The notes below the pieces were generated by a model that saw nothing but the letters and a program-made list of their open reading frames with translations, was not told where the DNA came from and did no database searches. Made by a program: the position numbers and the translations under genes. Shown here piece after piece: positions 28,333 to 36,740 of a stretch of DNA of 64,000 nucleotides. Each line of letters starts with the position of its first letter. Position 1 is the first letter of the stretch. Origin of the DNA: Cyclobacteriaceae bacterium (GTDB lineage Bacteria; Bacteroidota; Bacteroidia; Cytophagales; Cyclobacteriaceae); contig CBDCHN010000007.1 in NCBI GenBank assembly GCA_965217305.1, positions 322,522-386,521 of the forward strand, written 5' to 3'.

Positions 28333-29148
28333 ATGAAAAATCCAGAAGAGATCAAGCAACTCGTGCAGAACAAGTACGCCGCCATCGCCCAACGAGGCAC
28401 CTTGCCCGATGGCAGTAGCCCCTCGGCCATCCTGTGCTGTGGCGAGGGCGACGGTTCGTTCGCCGAAGACTACGCGCAAGTCAGCGGGTACGAGTCCGAG
28501 GCCGACCTAGGCTTGGGATGCGGCTTGCCCACCGAACACGCGCACATTAAAGCCGGCGACACCGTGGTGGACCTGGGTTCCGGGGCGGGTAACGATTGCT
28601 TCGTAGCCCGTTCGCTGGTGGGTGAGGCCGGACAAGTAATCGGAGTGGACATGACCCCCGCCATGATCGACAAAGCCCGGCAAAACGCTCGAAAATTAGG
28701 CTTCGACAACGTGACTTTCCGCTACGGCGAGATTGAAGATCTTCCCCTAGAAGACAACCTGGCCGACGTGGTGGTGAGCAACTGCGTACTCAACCTGGTG
28801 CCCGATAAAACCCGAGCCTTTGCCGAAACCTACCGCATTCTGAAACCCGGCGGCCACTTCAGCATCTCGGACGTGGTGGTGCGGGGCGATTTGCCGGACG
28901 CGTTGCGTGCCAGCGCCGAGCTCTACGCGGGCTGCGTGGCGGGAGCGCTGCCCCAGGAAGAATACATCCAAACCGTCAAACGAGCTGGCTTCCAGAACGT
29001 CCGAATTCAGAAAGAGCACGCCATCACCCTATCTGACGAACTGCTTCGTGAGCACCTTTCTGAGGAAGAGATTGGTCCGTTTAAAACCAGCCATTTAGGG
29101 ATCTTTAGCATCACGGTCTACGCTGAGAAAACCAAGGGTTGCTGCTAG
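28333..29148 (+). CDS. arsM: arsenite S-adenosylmethionine methyltransferase
   Basis: VQNKYAAIA..CCGEG..LGCGLP..VVDLGSGAGNDCF..YAGCVAGA: SAM-binding fold with the conserved cysteines, plus a cysteine pair at the C-terminus. Confidence 0.9.
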   Translation: MKNPEEIKQLVQNKYAAIAQRGTLPDGSSPSAILCCGEGDGSFAEDYAQVSGYESEADLGLGCGLPTEHAHIKAGDTVVDLGSGAGNDCFVARSLVGEAGQVIGVDMTPAMIDKARQNARKLGFDNVTFRYGEIEDLPLEDNLADVVVSNCVLNLVPDKTRAFAETYRILKPGGHFSISDVVVRGDLPDALRASAELYAGCVAGALPQEEYIQTVKRAGFQNVRIQKEHAITLSDELLREHLSEEEIGPFKTSHLGIFSITVYAEKTKGCC

Positions 29149-29210
29149 ATAACGAGCGCGAACGGAAAAGCTATCAATGCAGGAACAAGGCGTAAAAACT
29201 CACCCTACGC

Positions 29211-30122
29211 ATGGTACTTCGGGCCAGGATCGGTATTATTGTCGCTTACCTCCCACCCCCCTCTGCCTTGCGCCCTTCCCGTTCGCTCACGCTCGTTGGA
29301 CTTATCCAAATTCTTAGTCTGGACGTGGTGCTGGGAGCCGGAGTGAGTACCGTATTTGTTGCAAAATTTTTGGTGGCCCCCATTCCCTTCTCGTCCCTGC
29401 TGGCGCTGTGCGCGTGCGTGTGGCTCATCTACACGGCCGACCACCTGCTCGATGCTTATGCGTTGGGACGCAACGTGGCCCACACCGCCCGCCACCGCTA
29501 CCACCAAACACGCTTTAAAACCATTGCCCTGGCCTGGGCCGTGGTGGCACTGCTCGGCGTAGGCATCCTTTTCTACTTACCCGGCAAGCTGATTGGGTAC
29601 GGATCGCTGCTGGCGGCACTGGTGCTGCTCTATGCCGGGCTGCTCAAGTACACCGCCCTGCGGGCGTGGCTTCCCAAGGAATTTGCCACCGCCCTGTTCT
29701 ACGCCACGGGCGTGTTTTTGCCCGCCATAGCCACCTACGGTGCTCCGCTACCGTGGAGCGCCAGCGTGCTGTTTTTTCAGTACTTCTTCCTGGCCCTGGC
29801 CAACCTGCTGCTCTTCTCGTGGTTCGAGGCCGATACCGATCGCCAGGATGGGCATCCCTCGTTTGCCCTGAGCGCGGGCAAGCCACTCGTGCGGTTGCTC
29901 ATCTACGGATGCCTGGCGGCCGTAGGAATTTCTTCGGTGGGGTTCTTGGTCGCAGTGGCTACTTCTCAAGTCACCGTGGTGGCGCAGGCAACCGTGCTGG
30001 TGATGGCGCTGGTGCTGCTGGCCCTCACGCGCTGGCCCGCCCATTTCCGGCAGCACGAACGCTACCGCCTGCTCGGCGACGGCATATTTGTGCTCCCGAT
30101 TGTCCCGCTGCTGCTGCTATGA
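29211..30122 (+). CDS. UbiA-superfamily-like polytopic membrane protein
   Basis: ~8 hydrophobic segments. YTADHLLD (DxxxD) sits after TM2 and FEADTDRQDGHPS (DxxxDxxxG-like) lies in the second half. Start not certain. Confidence 0.55.
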   Translation: MVLRARIGIIVAYLPPPSALRPSRSLTLVGLIQILSLDVVLGAGVSTVFVAKFLVAPIPFSSLLALCACVWLIYTADHLLDAYALGRNVAHTARHRYHQTRFKTIALAWAVVALLGVGILFYLPGKLIGYGSLLAALVLLYAGLLKYTALRAWLPKEFATALFYATGVFLPAIATYGAPLPWSASVLFFQYFFLALANLLLFSWFEADTDRQDGHPSFALSAGKPLVRLLIYGCLAAVGISSVGFLVAVATSQVTVVAQATVLVMALVLLALTRWPAHFRQHERYRLLGDGIFVLPIVPLLLL

Positions 30123-30769
30123 GCTTCGACCGGGTGGCACCCTACTACGACCGCCTGGCCCGGTTGGTGTTCGGCCGCAGCGTTCAGCGGGCGCAACGGC
30201 ACTTTCTGGATCAGATTCCGCCCGCGGCGCGGGTGCTGCTGGTGGGCGGCGGCACCGGGTGGCTGCTGCCCTACCTGCTGGAGAAGCCGGAGGTTGTTCA
30301 CGTCACCTTTCTGGAAGCTTCCGCCGCGATGCTGGCCCTGGCGCAACAGAAAGCCGACCTCTTTCTCGCGCCTACCGCCGCTACCATCCGCTGGGTGCAC
30401 GGCGACGAGCGACAGTTGCCCGGCGGCGACCGCTACGAGGTGGTGATTACCAACTTCGTGCTGGATATGTACGCGGGGGCGGCGCTGGATCAGTTCATGC
30501 AGCGGCTGCTCAACCATTTGCAACCCGCCGGTTATTGGTTGTTCACCGACTTTCGGCTCTCCGACCAGCAGCGGCATCGGCTGTGGCAGAAACCCATGGT
30601 CTGGGCCATGTACGCCTTTTTTCACCTCACCGCCGGTATTGCCCGGCAGAAGCTACCTTCCTACCGGCAGCACTTCACGGCCCAGGGACTACGATTAACC
30701 CACCGACAAACGTTCTTCAAGGACTTTATCGGGAGTCGGGTGTATCGGTATGACAAGAAGCGTGACTAA
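30119..30769 (+). CDS. class I SAM-dependent methyltransferase
   Basis: VLLVGGGTGWLL motif I. Its ATG overlaps the upstream stop (ATGA at 30119-30122). The upstream part of long ORF 29666.. is an out-of-frame overlap and was discarded. Confidence 0.8.
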   Translation: MSFDRVAPYYDRLARLVFGRSVQRAQRHFLDQIPPAARVLLVGGGTGWLLPYLLEKPEVVHVTFLEASAAMLALAQQKADLFLAPTAATIRWVHGDERQLPGGDRYEVVITNFVLDMYAGAALDQFMQRLLNHLQPAGYWLFTDFRLSDQQRHRLWQKPMVWAMYAFFHLTAGIARQKLPSYRQHFTAQGLRLTHRQTFFKDFIGSRVYRYDKKRD

Positions 30770-30775
30770 CCGAGG

Positions 30776-31357
30776 CTAGTCAAAATCGATGTTCTTGTAA
30801 ACCCGCGCGAGCGGTATTTCCTCAGCTACGGATTGCAAACGCAAGATGCCTTCTCGGCCCGTCACATCGGTATCTTCCCAGTGGTTGGCGGCGTTGCGAA
30901 AGAAAGTGGTCACGCGGGGTTGGTCTTGCTCCACCAACACGTATTCCTTCAGTGAAGGAAGCGTACGGTACATCATGAACTTATTGGTTCTATCGTGTTT
31001 TTGCGTTGAAGGAGATAACACTTCTATCACCAACAGGGGGTTAGTAACTGTGTCCTTGCGTTTCTTGAAGTATACCGGCTTTTGACTGACCACCATCACG
31101 TCCGGATAAATAAATTTGTTATACGTTGGTACTTGGGTCTTCACTTCACTGTTGTAAACCTCAAAGGGTTGGTCTTCAAGCAAATTATACAGTGCCGTGA
31201 GTATCTTCACTGCAATGCTACTGTGGGTAGTGCTTCCTCCGGACATAGCAGTAATTTTTCCGTTGTGATACTCTAATTTGACCGCCGAGCGTTTATCAAT
31301 CCTGAAGTACTCAGCTACGGTGTAGGTTCTTTCTTCTACTAGCGTCTCGGTTGTCAT
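30776..31357 (-). CDS. Uma2 (DUF820) family endonuclease, paralog 2
   Basis: LEYHNGKI..PDVMVV..NPLLVIEVLSPST..DRTNKFMMYRTLPSLKEYVLV. Start at ATG 31357. Confidence 0.85.
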   Translation of the reverse strand: MTTETLVEERTYTVAEYFRIDKRSAVKLEYHNGKITAMSGGSTTHSSIAVKILTALYNLLEDQPFEVYNSEVKTQVPTYNKFIYPDVMVVSQKPVYFKKRKDTVTNPLLVIEVLSPSTQKHDRTNKFMMYRTLPSLKEYVLVEQDQPRVTTFFRNAANHWEDTDVTGREGILRLQSVAEEIPLARVYKNIDFD

Positions 31358-31442
31358 CGGTTTATCAGTTGGGTTATACCTCAAGGTAAGTAAGCGATAA
31401 GCAAAAACCAAAGAACTGATTGATCGCGGTGCGCGCGTATCG

Positions 31443-33047
31443 CTACTGCCCCCCGGCTCCCGCCCGGGCCATCTTGTTGTTCCAGATGCTCTCTACCGGA
31501 TAGATATCCAACGAGCGCAGCGTGACGGGGCCGCCGATGGCGTATACCTCTACCCCGTTCTTGCGCTGGTCGGGGAAGATGCGGTTGGTCATCGACAGGT
31601 AGCCGTCGTTGCCGAACACCTCGACCGACGAGTGATCAACGAAGATGCGCAACCGCACGATGCCGTCGTCGCTGGGCATCAGACCGATGGTGCGGGCGGC
31701 GAAGTTCTCGCTAAAGGTGGTGTCGCCCGACTGGGTGCGGTCCACAAAGAGCGACTGCGAGGCCACGTCGTAGCCAATGACGGTTTCTTGCCCTTCGCCC
31801 TCGAACACCTTGATGCCAAACTCAGAGGCCAGTTGCTCGGCTTCGGCCGGAGTTTCAATGGCGCGGTACACGAACTCAGCCACAATTTCCAGTTGGTTGC
31901 CCCGTACGTTCTCAACCGACAAAAAGTCATCCCCCTCGTTCACTTGTTCGTTCTCGTAGTGCTGGGCGGCCTCGCGTAAGGTGTTCTGTTCTTCCACCGG
32001 TCGCTGCACCAGCCGTACGCCCTCGGGGAACTGCTGCAGGTGCAGCGTGCGCACCAGCGACTGGGCGCTGCGCCAGCCCGTGGTGGGAATTTTCTGCCCG
32101 TAAGCCCAGTTGTTAAGCCAGCCGATCATCAGGCGGCGGTCGTCGGGCACGTTGTTCCAGGTGACGGCGGCGTAGTAGTCCAACCCTTCGTCTACCCGCA
32201 AAATCAGGTCGTCGGTGTTGGCGTTGGTGAAGGTGGTGCCGTCGAAGTCGCCCACGAAGTACTGCATGGTAGGCCCCATGTCGCTCCGGTTGTGCGACAC
32301 AATAAGCACCCACTGACTGCCTTTGCCGTTCTCTACGGGCAACTCGAACAGGTCGGGGCACTCCCAGATGCCGTCCACGAAGCCTTCGGGACCGAACTCA
32401 CTCAGGCGCGTCCAGTCTTTCAGGTTGGGCGACTGGTAGAAACGGATTTTTTGTTCCTGCGGAATGGCCAGCGCCATGAGCCACGCTTGCTTAGGCTCGT
32501 ACCAGAACACCTTGGGGTCGCGGAAGTCTTTCATGTCCTCGTCGAGCACGGGATTGCCCTCGTACTGCGTCCAGGTTTCGCCCTCGTCGTTGCTGTAGGC
32601 CAGCGCCTGGGTTTGCAGGTCGGGCAGGTGAGAGGTGTAGATGGCCACCAGGCACCCGCCGTCGTCTGAGTCGCACAAGCCGCTCGTGTTGTTCTTATCC
32701 ACCACGGCGCTGCCCGAGAAGATCATCTTTTTGCCGTCCATCGGGATAGCCAGCGGACGGCGGTTCCAGTGCACCAGGTCTTCGGTGGTGGCGTGGCCCC
32801 AACTCATGTTGCCCCAGGTGGTGCCCGCGGGGTTATATTGGTAGAACAGGTGGTAGGTGCCCTGGTGATAAACCAAGCCGTTGGGGTCGTTCATCCAGTT
32901 TTTTTCGGGCGAGAAGTGGTAGGCCAGCCGGTAGGGCTCGGCGGTGGTGGTCACCGTATCGCTTGGCACCCGGGCCGTTTCGGTTTCGGTGAGCGTGGAG
33001 CAGGCGGAGGCCAGTAGAGCAGCGGCGGCTAGCAGAGCGAGTTTCAT
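31443..33047 (-). CDS. glycoside hydrolase family 32 (beta-fructosidase/levanase-like) lipoprotein
   Basis: WMNDPNGLVYHQGTYHLFYQYNP, FRDPKVFW, WECPDLF. Lipobox LLASACS; start at ATG 33047. Confidence 0.9.
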   Translation of the reverse strand: MKLALLAAAALLASACSTLTETETARVPSDTVTTTAEPYRLAYHFSPEKNWMNDPNGLVYHQGTYHLFYQYNPAGTTWGNMSWGHATTEDLVHWNRRPLAIPMDGKKMIFSGSAVVDKNNTSGLCDSDDGGCLVAIYTSHLPDLQTQALAYSNDEGETWTQYEGNPVLDEDMKDFRDPKVFWYEPKQAWLMALAIPQEQKIRFYQSPNLKDWTRLSEFGPEGFVDGIWECPDLFELPVENGKGSQWVLIVSHNRSDMGPTMQYFVGDFDGTTFTNANTDDLILRVDEGLDYYAAVTWNNVPDDRRLMIGWLNNWAYGQKIPTTGWRSAQSLVRTLHLQQFPEGVRLVQRPVEEQNTLREAAQHYENEQVNEGDDFLSVENVRGNQLEIVAEFVYRAIETPAEAEQLASEFGIKVFEGEGQETVIGYDVASQSLFVDRTQSGDTTFSENFAARTIGLMPSDDGIVRLRIFVDHSSVEVFGNDGYLSMTNRIFPDQRKNGVEVYAIGGPVTLRSLDIYPVESIWNNKMARAGAGGQ

Positions 33048-33206
33048 ACGGAAGCGTTGTTTACGCGCCAAGATATTGATTAATTGAACGCGGTCACAAC
33101 TACTTTCTGTATTCGTCTGATTGTTTCCCGTTCTTTTTGACTTTTACGCTCTAAGCCGCGAGTATTTGACTCATTGATACTTCACCTAAATTTCTAACGA
33201 CTAGCA

Positions 33207-33860
33207 TTAGAGACTGGCTACAAAATCGATGAAGTCCTTTTCTTGTCCGCTACGGCGTAAGTAGTTCGGATGGTAAGACCGGAAAGTTAGCGTCGGTAGG
33301 TCAGCGTGTTTGAGCTGGCAAAGCTGCCTTGGGTTAAAGTCCTCAACCGTTAAAAACTGCACTCCTTCAAAAATCTTACGGATTCTGCTGTCAAACGACG
33401 GACCGGTGAAAAACATACAAACTCTCGGTTTGAGTATTTTTACTTCGTCAATCAATACGTTGTCTAACGTAGAAATAGTCGCTTCGAATTCACCATAAGC
33501 CCGTCCACCGTCAAGATCATATTTGCTGATATTTGTCCAGACACAGGAATACAGCTCGTTGCCTAATGCTTGCTCAACCTTTCTGGTTACGTTCCAAAAC
33601 GGAGAAGCATAATATTTCTCGCCAACGTTGAAATTTTCATAAACCTCCATTTGCTTTGTCAGATCGTCCACAAAGTAGTCCCAACCATAGGTTTCTTGTC
33701 CGACGATCAGAAGTGGATTGGGTTGATTTACGTACTTTTCGTTTGGCGACATAAGAAATGGCCCCGCCATGTCTTCGTTCGGATACGTCGCCCGGACAGT
33801 TTTAAAGTCCGCGTGTCTTTGTTGATAAGCAGTAAACAACTGGTTTTTCACGATTGGCAA
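33207..33860 (-). CDS. divergent uracil-DNA-glycosylase-superfamily-fold protein (function unknown)
   Basis: The order and spacing of LLIVGQETYG, VWTNISKYD, LKPRVCMFFTGPS and SYHPNYLRRSG mirror family-4 UDG LMLVGEGPG / ITNIVKCRP / PQIIVPLG / HPAYLLR. The gene is AT-richer than its flanks. Confidence 0.5.
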   Translation of the reverse strand: MPIVKNQLFTAYQQRHADFKTVRATYPNEDMAGPFLMSPNEKYVNQPNPLLIVGQETYGWDYFVDDLTKQMEVYENFNVGEKYYASPFWNVTRKVEQALGNELYSCVWTNISKYDLDGGRAYGEFEATISTLDNVLIDEVKILKPRVCMFFTGPSFDSRIRKIFEGVQFLTVEDFNPRQLCQLKHADLPTLTFRSYHPNYLRRSGQEKDFIDFVASL

Positions 33861-33921
33861 ATTGTAGTTATCGGTCTAAAATACAGAAACCAGTATCTCT
33901 ACGGATGCGATTGCGTCTAAT

Positions 33922-34566
33922 TTACGCCTTGGCCGACACCTGAATGCCGAAGGCTTCGAGGGTTTGGGGCTGCTCGCGGAAGGCCATGCGGGCCGTGGTG
34001 CGGAAGTCACTCACCCACTGTCGCAGCTCCTTTTGCACCTGCATTTTGTCTTGAGTGCACTGCTCCGAGTGGCTCTTTTTGTCGGCCCGCAGCTGCTTGA
34101 GTTGTCGCAGTTGGGTAGCATTGGCGTAGGCTTGTTGCAATTCTTTGTCGCTCACCCCATAGTTGGCCAGCGAAACCTTTTGCTCCTTAAGCTGCCCGTA
34201 AAAGCGGATCGTCTGCCGCACCCCTTCCCAGCGACGGGTGGCGAAGCGCTCTATATTGAGGGAGTGTAGCAGTTCGGCGTCGTGGCGAAAGGCCGCCTGC
34301 ACCACCAGCACGTGTTCGCGGAACTGTTCGTTCACGGCCAGCAAACTGGCGTTGAGTTGTTTAGACAGCGACCACTGTTCGTTCTGACAGCGGGCTTGTT
34401 CGGCTTGCTTGTCGGTGAAGGCTTTCAGCAGGGCTTTGCCGGTGTTGAACCGGGCGGGTCCGAAGCCGAAGGTGGCCAGTTGCTGCTGCCGCGCCGCGTT
34501 GTTCTCGGTGTTGGTGATGGCCAGCAGGGCGGCCTCTTCCAGATTGTCTTGTTTGTGTAAATCCAT
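33922..34566 (-). CDS. hypothetical all-helical protein
   Basis: 214-aa ORF, Q/A/L-rich, native-like GC. No family recognised. Confidence 0.5.
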   Translation of the reverse strand: MDLHKQDNLEEAALLAITNTENNAARQQQLATFGFGPARFNTGKALLKAFTDKQAEQARCQNEQWSLSKQLNASLLAVNEQFREHVLVVQAAFRHDAELLHSLNIERFATRRWEGVRQTIRFYGQLKEQKVSLANYGVSDKELQQAYANATQLRQLKQLRADKKSHSEQCTQDKMQVQKELRQWVSDFRTTARMAFREQPQTLEAFGIQVSAKA

Positions 34567-34727
34567 GCGTTGGGGGTTTGATGATGGACGAGCAAAGTAA
34601 AATGAGGCAGCGCAAAAAATCCGGAGATTATCGGACGATAGCTTACGGCGTTATTTTTTTGCCAAAAGTGCACCAAAGCGGGGTTTGGCGGGGGGAACGG
34701 GACTTTTGGCCCGTTTAAAAGGTTCTC

Positions 34728-34932
34728 TTATGCCCAGAAAGGCACCCCGACCATGCATCCGGGTATTCTTTTGCCCAGAAAGGCACGCGATCAGGCCATC
34801 GGAGCAATCTTTTGCCCAGAAAGAAGGTCTCGCTTACATAAAAGATTTTCTTTTGCCCAGGAAAGCACGTCGACCATGCATCCGAGCAATCTTTTGCCCG
34901 GAAAAACGCTTCGGCTGGACAAATGAGTGCCA
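34728..34932. repeat. five tandem units with exact 41-bp phasing; conserved head TTTTGCCCAGAAAGGCAC contains the dyad TGCC-N6-GGCA
   Basis: Unit heads are at 34728, 34769, 34810, 34851 and 34892. The tails are variable, but units 1 and 4 are ~80 % identical. Degenerate out-of-phase copies lie at 34657 and 34704. Confidence 0.85.
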
Positions 34933-35119
34933 ATATGCCTAGCCGCAGGGGCGGGATGGATGAAATTTTACGGTATGTGATTTAGGGAATGGCGGGGCGG
35001 GGGAATTGCGACAGGAAGAGGGCAGCAAGCCTTCTGCTAAAAAACGAATAGAGTCGGCCGAGAAAGATAAGGAATAAAGACATTAAGTTTGTAACTTTCG
35101 AGAAAACGGATAAGACGAT

Positions 35120-36079
35120 ATGGAAACAAGAGAACCATTGTTTGACTACATAGATCCAACGATTGATTATCAGGTAAAGAACGACGATGCCTTAAACGCT
35201 TTACAAAAAATTGATAATAATAAGTTTGACCTAATAATTACTTCTCCGCCATACAACATTGGAAAATCGTACGAGACCAAGACTACCATAGAGAAGTATC
35301 TTGAGACGCAGGAAACCATCATTGAAGAGTTAGTCAGGGTTCTATCTGACAAAGGCAGCTTGTGTTGGCAGGTTGGCAATTACGTTGACAAAGGAGAAAT
35401 ATTTCCGTTGGACATTTTCTACTATCAAATTTTTAAAAAGTTCGGCCTTAAACTTCGTAACAGAATTGTTTGGCACTTTGGCCACGGTCTTCACGCTTCA
35501 AACAGGTTTTCAGGACGTTATGAAACAATTCTTTGGTTCACGAAAACTGACGATTATATTTTCAATCTTGATGAGGTGAGAGTCCCTGCCAAATATCCAG
35601 GAAAAAAACATTTCAAAGGCGCAAAAAAAGGTCAGTTTTCGGGGAACCCAAAAGGTAAAAATCCTTCTGATATTTGGGAAATTGTCGTCCGTGATTGGGA
35701 GAAAGAACTCTGGAACATCCCTAACGTTAAGTCTAATCATCCGGAGAAGACCGAACATCCGTGTCAGTTCCCAATTGAGTTAGTCGAAAGATGTGTTCTA
35801 GCCCTGACAGACAAGAATAGTTGGGTGTTAGACCCATTTGCAGGAGTAGGTTCAACGGTAATTGCAGCCATAAAAAATAACAGGAATGCACTAGGCATTG
35901 AAAAGGAAAGTGAATATTGTAAGACTGCAAATGATAGAATTGAGGATTTGAAAGAAGGCAGGTTGAAAACCAGACCAATAAACAAAGCTATTCATGTGCC
36001 ATCTGCAACTGACAAAGTTGCTCAGAGACCAATAGAATGGTTGGAACTTGACTTGAATGGCAATGGAAAGAGTAAATGA
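35120..36079 (+). CDS. beta-class DNA methyltransferase, probably N4-cytosine (SPPY)
   Basis: Motif IV DLIITSPPYNIGKSY is N-terminal and motif I VLDPFAGVGST is C-terminal (beta order). AT-rich (18/60 GC on the line at 35161). Confidence 0.9.
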   Translation: METREPLFDYIDPTIDYQVKNDDALNALQKIDNNKFDLIITSPPYNIGKSYETKTTIEKYLETQETIIEELVRVLSDKGSLCWQVGNYVDKGEIFPLDIFYYQIFKKFGLKLRNRIVWHFGHGLHASNRFSGRYETILWFTKTDDYIFNLDEVRVPAKYPGKKHFKGAKKGQFSGNPKGKNPSDIWEIVVRDWEKELWNIPNVKSNHPEKTEHPCQFPIELVERCVLALTDKNSWVLDPFAGVGSTVIAAIKNNRNALGIEKESEYCKTANDRIEDLKEGRLKTRPINKAIHVPSATDKVAQRPIEWLELDLNGNGKSK

Positions 36080-36690
36080 AAGTAGCTCAAAAATACTCCC
36101 ATTTAAATGGAGAAGAATACCTGATTGTTCACCACAACGATCTGTACGAAGAAATAAAAGACGTAATAGCATCAATTGACGCAGATGATCTTCGAACAAA
36201 GATTAGTAGAGAAATTCGAACAAAAGGGAAAGTCCTTTTGTCTCCTATCGACCTAAATAAAGCATTCAGCGCCATCTTCAATAAAAAAGGATGGTCAGAG
36301 AGCAGGTATAACTATTATATCACGCTCAATCGTGAGCTGATGGAAAAGTCAATTTTGATGCCTGCCAGAGAACAGAAGGATTTTTTGATGGCAAACGGCG
36401 AAGACGAACCTATTTACAGCTACAATCAGACAGATTTTGTGAAAGACAAAATTGCGGTTGAAATCCAGTTTGGCAAGTATGCTTTTGTAGCTTTTGACCT
36501 TTTTGTGAAACATATGCTTTTTTACTCAGGTGGAGTAATCAACCTTGGAATTGAAATTTTACCCACTAAAGAAATGCAAAAGCAAATGAGTAGCGGTGTG
36601 GCTTACTACGAAGGAGAAGTTTACAACGTGATGAGGCAAGGAAGAAACAGCCCGCCCGTACCACTATTGATCTTAGGAATAGAGCCTTAG
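36076..36690 (+). CDS. type II restriction endonuclease, BglII-like
   Basis: TDFVKDKIAVEIQFGKYAFVAFDLF matches my memory of BglII IDFGKRDTLVEVQFSNYPFLLNN, with the same D-N8-E-x-Q spacing as D84/E93/Q95. The N-terminus (MKVAQKYSH..) and C-terminus (..YYE..VP..LGI) are also similar. ATGA overlap with the methylase gene. Confidence 0.7.
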   Translation: MKVAQKYSHLNGEEYLIVHHNDLYEEIKDVIASIDADDLRTKISREIRTKGKVLLSPIDLNKAFSAIFNKKGWSESRYNYYITLNRELMEKSILMPAREQKDFLMANGEDEPIYSYNQTDFVKDKIAVEIQFGKYAFVAFDLFVKHMLFYSGGVINLGIEILPTKEMQKQMSSGVAYYEGEVYNVMRQGRNSPPVPLLILGIEP

Positions 36691-36718
36691 CTGATAAGGC
36701 ACAACCTTCGGACTCGGG

Positions 36719-36740
36719 CGCGTTTGCAACGCGTTTGTTT
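36719..36740 (+). terminator. rho-independent terminator after the R-M pair
   Basis: CGCGTT-TGC-AACGCG followed by TTTGTTT, 29 nt after the stop at 36690. Confidence 0.5.

Noticed and set aside
29666-30118. Upstream 150 codons of ORF 29666-30769
   Set aside because: It overlaps the UbiA-like membrane gene out of frame and is Arg/Pro/Gly-rich. The methyltransferase domain begins at the ATG at 30119, which overlaps the upstream stop.
27237-31357. The two Uma2 genes as ends of a composite transposon
   Set aside because: I saw no terminal inverted repeats or target duplications, and the paralogs are only ~40 % identical at the protein level. I kept it as a neighbourhood observation, not a mobile-element call.
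34728-34932. Possible miniature CRISPR array
   Set aside because: The conserved part is only ~18 nt. The 'spacers' are ~23 nt and partly homologous to each other (units 1 and 4, tails of 2 and 4). The heads degenerate progressively, and there are no cas genes in the window.
34685-34942. 85-aa ORF running through the 41-bp repeats (internally repetitive PRKA(P/R)RPCIR..FCPE peptide)
   Set aside because: The TTG start, absence of an RBS and peptide repetitiveness simply mirror the DNA repeat. I treat it as non-coding.
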